From Myxococcota bacterium (GTDB lineage: Bacteria; Myxococcota_A; UBA9160; UBA6930), in NCBI GenBank assembly GCA_965223705.1, contig OZ245015.1, positions 2,464,001 through 2,528,000 on the forward strand: a stretch of 64,000 bases of DNA. The letters run 5' to 3'. Of the stretch, positions 40,061-49,757 are shown in pieces. Each line of letters opens with the position of its first letter. Position 1 is the stretch's first letter. The notes under the pieces were generated by a model. It was not told the origin of the DNA and searched no databases. It saw nothing but the letters and a program-made list of their open reading frames with translations. The translations under genes were made by a program, and so were the position numbers.

Positions 40061-40840
40061 ATGACACGACTGACGAAACTCTCTCGCTCGATCGCGGGTC
40101 GGCGCGCCCTCATTACCGGCGCCGGAAGCGGCATGGGACGCGCCACCGCGCAGCTCTTCGCGGACGAAGGCGCGCGCCTGGTGTTGGCAGACCGCGATGC
40201 TCCCGGTCTCGACGAAACCTGTGCGAGCATTCGCGATGCAGGAGGTGAAGCCCACGCCTGTGTTTGCGACCTCGGAGAGGCAGGAACGCCGGAACAGCTG
40301 GTCGCCACCGCGGCCAAGACCCTCGGCGGACTCGACATCCTGGTGAACAACGCCGGGATCGCGCCAGCCGCTCCGATCGACGACCCGAACTACGCCGAAG
40401 CTTGGACCCAGACCCTGACCGTCAACCTCGAAGTGCTGGCGCACTGCATCCGGCACGCCCTGCCCCACCTCGAACAGAGCGACGCTGCGCGGATCGTCAA
40501 CATCGCCTCGACCGAAGGCTTGGGCGCCACCGCGCAGATCAGCCCGTACACCGCGAGCAAGCACGGCGTGATCGGACTGACGCGAGCGTTGGCGGTCGAA
40601 CTCGGAGCACGCGGCGTCAACGTGAACTGCATCTGCCCCGGACCGATCCACACCGGCTTGACGAAGGTGATCGACGACGCCGCGAAGACGAAATTCGCGC
40701 GCCGGCGCGTGCCGCTCCGGCGCTACGGAGATCCCGAGGAAGTCGCCCACGGAACGCTCAGCTTGGTGCTTCCCGCCGCGTCGTATATCAATGGCGCGAT
40801 ACTCGTTGTCGACGGAGGCATGACCGCGCAGAACACCTAG
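40061..40840 (+). CDS. Short-chain dehydrogenase/reductase
   Basis: TGAGSGMG, NNAG, YTASK. Confidence 0.9.
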   Translation: MTRLTKLSRSIAGRRALITGAGSGMGRATAQLFADEGARLVLADRDAPGLDETCASIRDAGGEAHACVCDLGEAGTPEQLVATAAKTLGGLDILVNNAGIAPAAPIDDPNYAEAWTQTLTVNLEVLAHCIRHALPHLEQSDAARIVNIASTEGLGATAQISPYTASKHGVIGLTRALAVELGARGVNVNCICPGPIHTGLTKVIDDAAKTKFARRRVPLRRYGDPEEVAHGTLSLVLPAASYINGAILVVDGGMTAQNT

Positions 40841-40929
40841 GCGCCCCACACAGTTCGACCGGCCTTCGCTAGAATCCCGCGGTTCCCCTCCATCGAGTGC
40901 AGCCTCAGCCCAAAGCCGTCATTGAATCC

Positions 40930-43260
40930 ATGACTTCTTCGAATTCTCACGTCTCGGCGTTCGATCGCGCCGTGATCCGATACACCGGAGCGATCCTGCG
41001 GAATCGCTGGTGGGTCGTCTTCGTCACCATCGGTGCGGGGATTCTGCTCGCAGCAGGCGCTACCAAGCTCACGATCCGCGGCGACTACCGGTACAACTTC
41101 GGGGAGAACAACCCGCAACTCGCAGCTTTTGAGGCGTTGCAAGCGACCTACACCAAGAGCGACAGCGTCCTCTTCGCCGTCCTCCCGAAAGACGGCGACG
41201 TCTTTCGACCTTCGGTCATTCGCGCAGTTGCGGAACTCACCGAGGCCGGTTGGCAGATCCCGTATTCGATCCGCGTCGACTCGATCACGAACTACCAGCA
41301 CACCTACGCCGAGGCAGACGATCTCGTGGTCGGCGACCTCGTCGAAGACCCGACGCAGCTCGATGCTGCGACGCTCGAGCACGTCCGCCAGGTATCCCTC
41401 GCAGAGCCCCTCCTGCGCGGCCGGTTGATCTCCGACGACGGTCGTTCAACGGCTGTGAACGTCACCATTCAGCTTCCGGACGATACCCAGAGCCACGAGC
41501 GCGGCGTGCTCAACGTGGCGAAGCAAATGGTTGCCGACTTGGAAGAGCGGTATCCGGACATCGATTTTGCCCTCACCGGCATCATCACGTTGTCGGCGGC
41601 CATCAATGAGATCGCCGAAGACGATCTTCGGACCCTTCTGCCACTGATGTATGGCGTCATCGTTCTCTCGATGGCCCTGTTCCTGCGCTCACTCTGGGGA
41701 ACGGTCATCACGACGCTCGTCGTCGGCTTGTCGGCGAGTACTGCGATGGGTGCGGCGGGGTGGCTCGGCATCCCGCTCACACCACAGGCGGTCACAGCGC
41801 CCACCATTGTTTTGACCGTCGCGATCGCCGATGGCGTTCACGTCCTCGTCAGTCTCGCGAAGGGCCGACACGCGGGTCTCTCGAAGGAGGCGGCACTCAT
41901 CGAGAGCATGCGGCTCAACATGGGCCCGATCTTCCTGACGAGCCTCACGACGGGAATCGGTTTTCTGAGTCTGAACTTCAGCGATGCCCCGCCTTTTGCG
42001 GACCTCGGCAACATCACGACCATGGGCGTCTTCGCGGCCTGGGTCTACTCCGTGACGCTGTTGCCCGCTCTCGTCATGATCGTCCCCTACCGCGCATCGC
42101 AGCGCTCGGGCGCGCTCTCTCTCGCGCGTTTCGCCGACTGGCTCGTGCGTTTCCGCCATCGCGTGCTGGCAGGCTGCATCGCGACGACCGTCGTTCTGGG
42201 CGCCATGATTCCGCGCATCGAATTGAACGACATGTTCCTCGAGTTCTTCGATCGAGGGATCGCGTTCCGCGACGACACCGATCTCATTCGCGAACGACTC
42301 ACCGGCATGTATCAGATCAATTTCTCCCTGGCGAGTGGCGAAGCCCAGGGAATCAGCGAACCGGCGTACTTGAGCGACGTGGACCGGTTCGCCCAGTGGC
42401 TCCGCGCGCAGCCCGAAGTCATGCACGTCGCCGTGTTCTCGGACATCCAGAAACGCTTGAACCGCAACATGCACGGGGACGAGCCCTCGTGGCACCGGCT
42501 GCCGGACCAGCGCGAACTCGCGGCGCAGTACCTCCTCCTCTACGAGATGTCCCTGCCCTACGGTCTCGACTTGAACAATCAGGTCAACATCGACAAGTCC
42601 GCTACGAAAGTCACCGCGACGCTGACCAATCTCACCGCGCGGGAACTTCGCGAGATCGACGATCGCTCGCAGGCGTGGCTCGCGGAAAACGCGCCGGCAC
42701 CCATGGGCGGAAACAGCAGCGGGACGTCGCTGATGTTCGCCCATCTCTCGAAGCGCAACATCGAAGGCATGTTGCGGGGTACGACCGTCGCGTTTGCGCT
42801 GATCTCGATCACCCTCATGGTGTTTCTGCGGAGCCTCAGCTTGGGACTGCTGAGTCTGATCCCGAATATCGTTCCCACAGCCATTGCCTTCGGCATCTGG
42901 GCTCTCTTGGTGGGCCAAGTGGGCTTTGCCGTTGCCATGGTCACCGCATGCAGTCTCGGAATCATCGTGGACGCGACCGTGCACTTCCTGAGCAAGTACT
43001 TGCGCGCTCGGCGGGAGAACAACGCGTCTGCCGAAGACGGCGTGCGCTACGCACTCGAAACCGTGGGCTCCGCTCTCATCGTGACCTTCCTGATCTTGTT
43101 GATCGGGTTCTCGGTGCTCGCGTTTTCGCCGTTCCGGCCGAACGCGGTGCTCGGGCAGCTGATCACGATCACCATCGGAGCTGCGCTCCTCGCGGACTTC
43201 TTCCTACTGCCCACGCTTCTCATGCTGGTCGACCGCAGGAGTCGGGGACGCCCCGCCTAG
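40930..43260 (+). CDS. MMPL/RND-superfamily exporter
   Basis: Two repeats of 1 TM + periplasmic domain + 5 TM; AIADGVH, TSLTT.IGF, GIIVDATVHF. Confidence 0.9.
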   Translation: MTSSNSHVSAFDRAVIRYTGAILRNRWWVVFVTIGAGILLAAGATKLTIRGDYRYNFGENNPQLAAFEALQATYTKSDSVLFAVLPKDGDVFRPSVIRAVAELTEAGWQIPYSIRVDSITNYQHTYAEADDLVVGDLVEDPTQLDAATLEHVRQVSLAEPLLRGRLISDDGRSTAVNVTIQLPDDTQSHERGVLNVAKQMVADLEERYPDIDFALTGIITLSAAINEIAEDDLRTLLPLMYGVIVLSMALFLRSLWGTVITTLVVGLSASTAMGAAGWLGIPLTPQAVTAPTIVLTVAIADGVHVLVSLAKGRHAGLSKEAALIESMRLNMGPIFLTSLTTGIGFLSLNFSDAPPFADLGNITTMGVFAAWVYSVTLLPALVMIVPYRASQRSGALSLARFADWLVRFRHRVLAGCIATTVVLGAMIPRIELNDMFLEFFDRGIAFRDDTDLIRERLTGMYQINFSLASGEAQGISEPAYLSDVDRFAQWLRAQPEVMHVAVFSDIQKRLNRNMHGDEPSWHRLPDQRELAAQYLLLYEMSLPYGLDLNNQVNIDKSATKVTATLTNLTARELREIDDRSQAWLAENAPAPMGGNSSGTSLMFAHLSKRNIEGMLRGTTVAFALISITLMVFLRSLSLGLLSLIPNIVPTAIAFGIWALLVGQVGFAVAMVTACSLGIIVDATVHFLSKYLRARRENNASAEDGVRYALETVGSALIVTFLILLIGFSVLAFSPFRPNAVLGQLITITIGAALLADFFLLPTLLMLVDRRSRGRPA

Positions 43261-43280
43261 CCGCCGAGGGCCGCGCAGCG

Positions 43281-44132
43281 GTGTGGCTCGCCGCTTGTGT
43301 CGCCGCACTCAGCGGGAGCTGCGGCCCCTCCGACACGTCCGTCGTAAGCCCCGCTGCTTCGCCGCCCCCGAAAGTGTCGACACCGATCGATCGGGACGCG
43401 CTGCGTGTCGCCGCCGCGCACTACGCGGCCGCCTTTCAGGCGAGCGCCGAGCAGGCTCCCTTCCGCATGGCGCGAGCGGATTTCGACGGCGACGGCCGTA
43501 CCGACGTGCTCGCCTACTTCGCGGACCCGCACTGGTGCGACGAGCGCGGCTGCCGCGCCGCCATCTTTCAATCGACGCCAGAAGGGATGCGGCTGATTTC
43601 GGATTTCCCGTCCTTGCGCCCGCCTTTTTTCCTCAGTTGGCGCATGAATTCGCTGTGGAGAGATCTCTATGCGTGGGACGGCGGCGAGGCTGACGAGGAG
43701 CCGCCGCTCGCTCGGGCACGCGTTCTGCGGTTTGCAGGGCGCGGCTACTGGCGGCACCCGCGCCTCCGGGAGCGAGACGATCCGCCTCCCGAGCGCGCCC
43801 GAGGCGAGTGGTTGCGTTTCGAAACCGAGCCCTTCACCCCGATGGAGCGACTCGTGGGCCAGCTCCGAGTCGGGCGCAAGTTCCAGGGGTTTCGCGTCTG
43901 CGGTGAAGATTGGAGCTGGGCCCACGACGCGACGGTGTACGGCTTCGAAGACGCGTTCGCCGCTCATGAACTTCCGATGCACCGCGCGGCGCTCGTCGAA
44001 GTCGACGCGACGCGGCACCCGCACCCTCCGCGCTGCGAGGTGTGTCAACGATTCTCCGTCTCGGTCACGGTCTTTCGCGTGCGGGGTGTCGCCGGGGACG
44101 ACACGGCGTGCCCCGGCCCACCGACCTCGTGA
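43281..44132 (+). CDS. Hypothetical lipoprotein
   Basis: 3' part of ORF 41760..44132; lipobox-like LSGSC; DFDGDGRTD loop; start uncertain. Confidence 0.55.
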   Translation: MWLAACVAALSGSCGPSDTSVVSPAASPPPKVSTPIDRDALRVAAAHYAAAFQASAEQAPFRMARADFDGDGRTDVLAYFADPHWCDERGCRAAIFQSTPEGMRLISDFPSLRPPFFLSWRMNSLWRDLYAWDGGEADEEPPLARARVLRFAGRGYWRHPRLRERDDPPPERARGEWLRFETEPFTPMERLVGQLRVGRKFQGFRVCGEDWSWAHDATVYGFEDAFAAHELPMHRAALVEVDATRHPHPPRCEVCQRFSVSVTVFRVRGVAGDDTACPGPPTS

Positions 44133-44869
44133 TGCGGTAGATAAGCGCGTGCGCGAGCGAACACGGCGTCGCCGAACGTCCCGGGGATGAGTTCGAAATC
44201 GCGCGCGAAACACTCGAGGAGAGCAGCCCCGACCTGCTCGACGGTCGCTCCTTGGCTTTCCTCGGCGACGAAACCGATCGTCTCGGGCCGCATGGGGTAG
44301 TCGAGAGCTCGGTAGACCGCCTCGAGCAGTGCGCGCGTTTCGGCGGCGGCGCCGACCGTGATGACACCCCCGACGTGAGCGGCACCGGTGACGACCCGTT
44401 GCCCCACCCCCATGAGCTTGACCACTCCGCGCGCGTTCACGCTGTGGGATCCCGGGCAATATTCTCCGGCGACCTCGCCGATCTGCGCGTCGACGCCCAG
44501 AGCGCGCAGGGCCGCGACTACGATTCCCGCCATGCTCGCGAAACGGGCTTCGATCCCCTGCCGCGGCCGCGCTTCCGGCGTCGCCCAGGCGAATGCCACG
44601 CTCTCCCGGGTGAACGCCGCCGCACGCCCCCCAGCGAGACGGATCACCGACTGGAAGCCGGCTTCGCGCGCGATATCGCGAGCCGCCGCAAACCCGGGTC
44701 GTCGGGCGTCGGAAACCGAGAAGGCCAGAATGTTGTGAGGTCTGTAGACGCGTAAGGAGGCCGGTCGCTCGCCATCGGCCACTTCGGCGAGCAGCGCGCG
44801 GGAGACCGCCATATCGAGGGCGGCGGGCCCCGCGATACTCGCCCGAAGCACCTCGATCGCCGACGCCAT
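44045..44869 (-). CDS. Lipoate-protein ligase A / BPL-LplA-LipB family protein
   Basis: RLAGGRAA, GEYCPGSHSV, KLMGVGQR. Confidence 0.82.
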   Translation of the reverse strand: MASAIEVLRASIAGPAALDMAVSRALLAEVADGERPASLRVYRPHNILAFSVSDARRPGFAAARDIAREAGFQSVIRLAGGRAAAFTRESVAFAWATPEARPRQGIEARFASMAGIVVAALRALGVDAQIGEVAGEYCPGSHSVNARGVVKLMGVGQRVVTGAAHVGGVITVGAAAETRALLEAVYRALDYPMRPETIGFVAEESQGATVEQVGAALLECFARDFELIPGTFGDAVFARARAYLPHHEVGGPGHAVSSPATPRTRKTVTETENR

Positions 44870-44904
44870 GCGGTCAAGATAGCCCGCGGGCGTATACTGC
44901 GGCG

Positions 44905-45264
44905 ATGGGCGCCATCCGCGGCTACCACGCGCACGTCTACTACGACGCCGCGACTCGCGACGCAGCAGCGTCCGTTCGCACATCGCTCGATGAGCGGTTC
45001 TCGGTGGAACTGGGCCGCTGGCGCGAGGAGCCCGTGGGACCTCACCCGGTCGCGATGTATCAGGTCAAATTCTCGACCGAGACCTTCGGCCGACTCGTCC
45101 CGTGGCTGTCCCTCAATCACCGCGGCCTCTCGGTGCTCATCCATCCCGATACCGGTCGTGCCCTCGAAGACCACACCGAGCACGCGCTCTGGCTCGGACC
45201 TCAGCTCGAGCTGCGGACCGACGTGTTCGATGCATCACCCCGAAGTACGGAGGCCTCATCGTGA
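44905..45264 (+). CDS. DOPA 4,5-dioxygenase family protein
   Basis: GYHAHVYY, PVGPHP..MYQ, LSVLIHP.TG..LEDH, WLG. Confidence 0.88.
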   Translation: MGAIRGYHAHVYYDAATRDAAASVRTSLDERFSVELGRWREEPVGPHPVAMYQVKFSTETFGRLVPWLSLNHRGLSVLIHPDTGRALEDHTEHALWLGPQLELRTDVFDASPRSTEASS

Positions 45265-46157
45265 CCGATTCCAATTTCGGCCCGAGCCAACTCGGCTACC
45301 TGGGTTTCAGCGTGACCGACCTCGACGCTTGGGAGCGGTTCTCCGCCGAGGTGCTCGGTCTCGAGAGCCGCGGTCGCGATGACGAAGGAACCCTCCGCGT
45401 GCGCATGGACGGCCACCACCACCGCTTTCTTTTCTTCGAGGGCAGCGAAGACGATCTTTCGCTGATCGGCTGGGAGACGGCGGATCAGGCGTCACTCGAC
45501 GCCCTCGCGGCTCGGCTCGAATCCGCCGGCGTCGCCGTGCGCCGCGGCGATGCCGAGGCGCGCAACCGGCGGTTGGTGGTCGACCTGATCGAGTTCGTCG
45601 ATCCCAATGGGATCAAGAGCGAAGCGTACTGCGGCCCCCTCGTGTCGCGGGACCGGCCCTTCCAGTCGAAGCGACCCATCGGCCGCTTTGTGGCCGACCA
45701 CCTGGGCCTGGGCCACATCACGATGAGCGTGAACTCCCTCGACGAGAGCTTGCATTTCTACCGAGACGTGATCGGGATGCGCCTCACGGACTGGGTGAGG
45801 CCGCAACCGGAGCGCGGCGTCGAGTCCAAGCTCAATCTGGCGTTCCTGCATTGCAACCCGCGCCACCATTCCCTGGCCTTCTGGGAAGTGCCGACGCCGA
45901 AGCGACTCCACCACTTCATGATCCAAGTCGAGCGGCTCGATGATGTGGGCAGCACGTATGATCTCTGTCACGATGAAGGAGTCCCGATCGAGCTCTCCCT
46001 CGGGCGACACACCAATGACGAGATGCTGTCGTTCTACATGGTTTCTCCGTCCGGGTTCGCCGTCGAATACGGTTGGGGCGGTCTCGAGGTGGACGAGAGC
46101 CATTGGCAGGTTCAACTGCATACCACCGGGAGCAGCTGGGGCCACAAACACGGTTGA
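45261..46157 (+). CDS. Type I extradiol ring-cleavage dioxygenase (BphC/HsaC-like)
   Basis: LGYLG, GLGHI, FLHCNPRHHSLA, LHHFM, LGRHTND.MLSFY..SPSGF.VEYG. Confidence 0.92.
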   Translation: MTDSNFGPSQLGYLGFSVTDLDAWERFSAEVLGLESRGRDDEGTLRVRMDGHHHRFLFFEGSEDDLSLIGWETADQASLDALAARLESAGVAVRRGDAEARNRRLVVDLIEFVDPNGIKSEAYCGPLVSRDRPFQSKRPIGRFVADHLGLGHITMSVNSLDESLHFYRDVIGMRLTDWVRPQPERGVESKLNLAFLHCNPRHHSLAFWEVPTPKRLHHFMIQVERLDDVGSTYDLCHDEGVPIELSLGRHTNDEMLSFYMVSPSGFAVEYGWGGLEVDESHWQVQLHTTGSSWGHKHG

Positions 46158-46160
46158 GCC

Positions 46161-47420
46161 ATGACGGATTACAGCCACCTCGTCGATCTCGAAAACAACA
46201 CCGTGAGCCCGCTGGCCTTCTCGGACGAAGACGTCTACCGCGTCGAGCAGGAGAAAGTCTTCGGACGCTGCTGGCTTTTCGTCGGCCACGAATCGCAACT
46301 CGAACAACCGGGCGATTTCGTCTCGACGTTCATGGGCGAGGAGCCCGTCATTCTCCTGCGCGATCGCAACGGCGAGATCCGCGCTTTTCTGAACTCTTGC
46401 CGCCACCGCGGTGTGAAGATCTGCCGGGTCGATACGGGCCGCGCCAAGGTCTTCACCTGTCCGTACCACGGGTGGAGCTACGACACCGAGGGCAACTTGG
46501 TCGGCGTTCCGCAGCTGCGGACCGCGTACCACGACGAGCTCGACAAGTCGAAGTGGGGGCTCATCGAAGTTCCCCGCGTCGAGTCTCACGCCGGGCTGGT
46601 CTTCGCGTGCTTCGACGCCGAGGCGCAGAGCCTCTCCGACTATCTGGGCGAGATGAAATGGTATCTCGACATGATCCTGCGCCGCTCGAAGGCCGGAACC
46701 ATCGTGACGCCCGGCGTGCACCGTTGGCGTCTCGGGGGCAACTGGAAGCTCGCCGCCGAGCAGTTCGGAGGCGACAACTATCACACCGGTGCGCTCCACC
46801 GGAGCATGGTGCAGATCGGGCTCGGTCCCGAAGGCGACTATCGCGGAGACCACCCCTGGGAGCGCGATTTCGAAGTCAAGTGCGATCACGGACACGGGTG
46901 GATCAACTTCGACGTGCCCATGGGCGAAGTGCCACCGGTGCAAGAAAAATTCATGGCCCGGATCCAGGAAGAGGCGAACGAAACGCTATCGCCCGAACAG
47001 GCGAGTCTGATCAACACCGTCCAGGTCGGCACGATCTTTCCGAATTTCTCGATCCTCGGGTTCCTGGGCTTTACGACCATCCGGGCCTGGCACCCCCGCG
47101 GACCGCGTGCGATGGACGTTTGGTCCTACGCCTTGATCGAACGCGACGCACCGCCCGAGGTTCTAGAAATCACTCGAAAGATGCAGGTCTTAACCTTCGG
47201 TCCTTCTGGAATTTTCGAACAGGACGACGGATGCGTGTGGGGCGAGGCCGTCGACGTGATGGGCGGTGTCCAGCGGCGGAATCACCCCTTGAACTATCAG
47301 ATGGGCGCCGGCCACGGGAAGAGGATGCCGGGCCGACCGGGCCTGGTCCATCCCCCCTCGACCGAGCTCCCGGTGTTCGGGCTCCACGAATACTGGCGCG
47401 AACTCATGGGGCGCCCGTAG
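46161..47420 (+). CDS. Rieske aromatic ring-hydroxylating dioxygenase, alpha subunit
   Basis: CRHRG...CPYHGW; NWKLAAEQFGGDNYH...H; FEQDD. Confidence 0.95.
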   Translation: MTDYSHLVDLENNTVSPLAFSDEDVYRVEQEKVFGRCWLFVGHESQLEQPGDFVSTFMGEEPVILLRDRNGEIRAFLNSCRHRGVKICRVDTGRAKVFTCPYHGWSYDTEGNLVGVPQLRTAYHDELDKSKWGLIEVPRVESHAGLVFACFDAEAQSLSDYLGEMKWYLDMILRRSKAGTIVTPGVHRWRLGGNWKLAAEQFGGDNYHTGALHRSMVQIGLGPEGDYRGDHPWERDFEVKCDHGHGWINFDVPMGEVPPVQEKFMARIQEEANETLSPEQASLINTVQVGTIFPNFSILGFLGFTTIRAWHPRGPRAMDVWSYALIERDAPPEVLEITRKMQVLTFGPSGIFEQDDGCVWGEAVDVMGGVQRRNHPLNYQMGAGHGKRMPGRPGLVHPPSTELPVFGLHEYWRELMGRP

Positions 47421-47920
47421 TGCGCGACGACCACGCCCTGCGCCACGAGTTCGAAGCGCTCTTCATCGAAGAAGCCTGGCTACTCGACAACGACGGATTC
47501 GAGAAGTGGCTCGAGCTCTTCGACGGTGGGACGCGGTACTGGGCTCCCGTCCGGGCGAACGTCAGTCGCGGCGAGGAAGACTTCGACGAACCCCACCTGC
47601 TCGCGCACTTTGACGAGTCGAAAGAAACGCTCGAACTGCGCGTCAAGAGACTGCGGACCGGGAACGCTCACGCCGAGGAGCCCCCGTCGCGAACACGGCA
47701 CTTCGTATCGAACGTGCGCATTCTCGAGACGGAGGGTGACGACCGCGTTCGTGTCGGATCGAATTTCATCGTGTTTCGCAGTCGTCCGGGTCGCGAGGAG
47801 TATCTGTTCGTCGGCACGCGAATCGATTGGTGGCAACGCCAAAACGGAAGTTGGAAGAATCTCGAACGCATGATTGTCTTCGATCACGACGTGATCGAGA
47901 ACATCACGTTGTTCTACTAG
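47420..47920 (+). CDS. Ring-hydroxylating dioxygenase, beta subunit
   Basis: EAWLLD, AEEPPSRTRHFVSNV; TAGTG overlap with alpha. Confidence 0.93.
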   Translation: MRDDHALRHEFEALFIEEAWLLDNDGFEKWLELFDGGTRYWAPVRANVSRGEEDFDEPHLLAHFDESKETLELRVKRLRTGNAHAEEPPSRTRHFVSNVRILETEGDDRVRVGSNFIVFRSRPGREEYLFVGTRIDWWQRQNGSWKNLERMIVFDHDVIENITLFY

Positions 47921-47928
47921 GAGCGTCT

Positions 47929-48732
47929 ATGCGAGCTCTACCTCTGTTTGACCTCACCGGTCGCACAGCTCTTGTGACGGGCGGCGCGAAAGGGATCGGT
48001 CAGGGAATCGCCGAGAACCTGGCCATCGCCGGCGCGTCCGTGATGGTGGGCGACGTCGACGTCGAGGCCGCAGTGGCCACGGCGAAGGGCATCGAAGAAG
48101 CCGGCGGCCGAGCGGCCTCGGTCGCTCTCGACGTGTCGGATCCGGCGGCAGCCACCGCCGCATGCGAGGCGACCTGCGACGTGTTCGGCGGCCTCGACAT
48201 TCTCGTCAACAACGCCGCCATCTATCCCATGAGCCCGATCTCGGAGATGAGCCTCGACCTTTGGGACCGCGTTCTGGGAATCAATCTGCGCGGGGTTTTC
48301 CTGATGACGAAGGCCGCCGTTCCCGAACTGATCCGGGCCGGCCGCGCCGGACGCCTCATCAATGTCTCGTCGATCAATACGTGGAAGAGCTATGTCGGAA
48401 TGGCCCACTACGACGCAAGTAAAGGCGGGCTCGAGGCCTTCACGCGCTCGTGCGCACTCGAGTACGCCGAGCACGGAGTCACGGCGAACGTCGTCGCTCC
48501 GGGTGCTGTCAAGACGCCGGGGTCGCTCGCCGTGCGGGGAAATCTCGCGAAAGAGCGGGGCGATCCAAACACCGATCAAGTCGACGCCGATTTCGCGAGC
48601 CGCATTCCGCTCGGCGATTGGGCGTCACCGGACATGATCGGCCAAGCGACCCTCCTCCTCGCGACGCCTGCCGCTCACTACATCACGGGCCAGACCATCT
48701 ACGTCGATGGCGGGCTCAAGTTGACGATCTGA
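47929..48732 (+). CDS. SDR, probable cis-dihydrodiol dehydrogenase
   Basis: TGGAKGIG, NNAA, YDASK; specific role inferred from context. Confidence 0.8.
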   Translation: MRALPLFDLTGRTALVTGGAKGIGQGIAENLAIAGASVMVGDVDVEAAVATAKGIEEAGGRAASVALDVSDPAAATAACEATCDVFGGLDILVNNAAIYPMSPISEMSLDLWDRVLGINLRGVFLMTKAAVPELIRAGRAGRLINVSSINTWKSYVGMAHYDASKGGLEAFTRSCALEYAEHGVTANVVAPGAVKTPGSLAVRGNLAKERGDPNTDQVDADFASRIPLGDWASPDMIGQATLLLATPAAHYITGQTIYVDGGLKLTI

Positions 48733-49754
48733 TGGTGTTGCCCGTCGATCGACACGAGGTCCGCGCCTGGGCGCGGGAACATATGCGCGGCGTCGCCAAT
48801 GTCGTCATCCCGACCTGTACCAGCGACTTGGCATCGCTCAACGAAGCGGCGATCCGGCACGACATCCGGCGCGAAGTCGAGCTCGGTTTTTGGGGCACCC
48901 TCCTCGTCTCCGAAGTGGCGGTGACACCCGAGGAGTACGCGAGCTTCACGCAGTGGGCGGCCGAGGAAGCGGCGGGAGCCCTGCGACTGATTCACCACGC
49001 GAGCGGAAACACCCTGGCGGACAACATCGCGTTGGCGAAGCAGACCCAGGCCCGCGGCGCGGATCTCGCTCTGTTGGGCTACCCGCCGAACTTCTATCCG
49101 AAGACCTCTGAGGAGATCTACGCGTACACGCGATCGTTCTGTGACGCCGTCGACTTGGGCGTCATCCTCTTTCCGGTTCCGCTCTGGGGGTTCGAACGCA
49201 TTCATCCCTCGGCGGGCTTCGGACCCGATTTGATCGAGCGGCTCCTCGACGATTGCCCGAACATCGTCGCCATCAAAGCGGAAGGCGGAATGCCCGCTGT
49301 GAGTGGCTTCATCGACGTCTACCGGCGCTTTTCGGATCGTGTCCATGTCATCGAGCCGATCGAGTCAAACGGCATCCCGCTGGCCACCGTCCTCGACATG
49401 CCGTTCATGGGGACGAGCAACTACGAGTACTACGGCGGAGAAATCCCCCGCATCTTTTCCCTCGTCGGCGCGGGTCATCACGACGAAGCGATGGACGCGT
49501 ACTGGCGCCTCCACGCAGCGCGGCGCGCGAACACGCAAGCGATGTCGCACCTCGCGGGCTCGAATTTCTTGCACCGCATGTTGTGGAAGTACCAGGGCTG
49601 GCTCAACGGCTGGAACGGCGGGCCGCTGCGCGCGCCGACCATGCGGCTAAACGACGGGCAGATGGGTGCGCTTCGCGCGGGCCTCGTCGCCGCCGGTCTT
49701 CCGGTGACCGACGACGAGGACGCCGCGTTTTTCGTCGGACGCAATCCCAAGTAA
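48732..49754 (+). CDS. DHDPS/NAL-family hydratase-aldolase-like protein
   Basis: LNEAAIRHD, GADLALL, NIVAIK Schiff-base Lys; TGATG coupling. Confidence 0.8.
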   Translation: MVLPVDRHEVRAWAREHMRGVANVVIPTCTSDLASLNEAAIRHDIRREVELGFWGTLLVSEVAVTPEEYASFTQWAAEEAAGALRLIHHASGNTLADNIALAKQTQARGADLALLGYPPNFYPKTSEEIYAYTRSFCDAVDLGVILFPVPLWGFERIHPSAGFGPDLIERLLDDCPNIVAIKAEGGMPAVSGFIDVYRRFSDRVHVIEPIESNGIPLATVLDMPFMGTSNYEYYGGEIPRIFSLVGAGHHDEAMDAYWRLHAARRANTQAMSHLAGSNFLHRMLWKYQGWLNGWNGGPLRAPTMRLNDGQMGALRAGLVAAGLPVTDDEDAAFFVGRNPK

Positions 49755-49757
49755 ACG

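Noticed and set aside
41760..43280. 5' part of the 790-aa ORF 41760..44132
   Set aside because: Out-of-frame overlap with the MMPL gene; only the part from about 43281 looks like a real protein.
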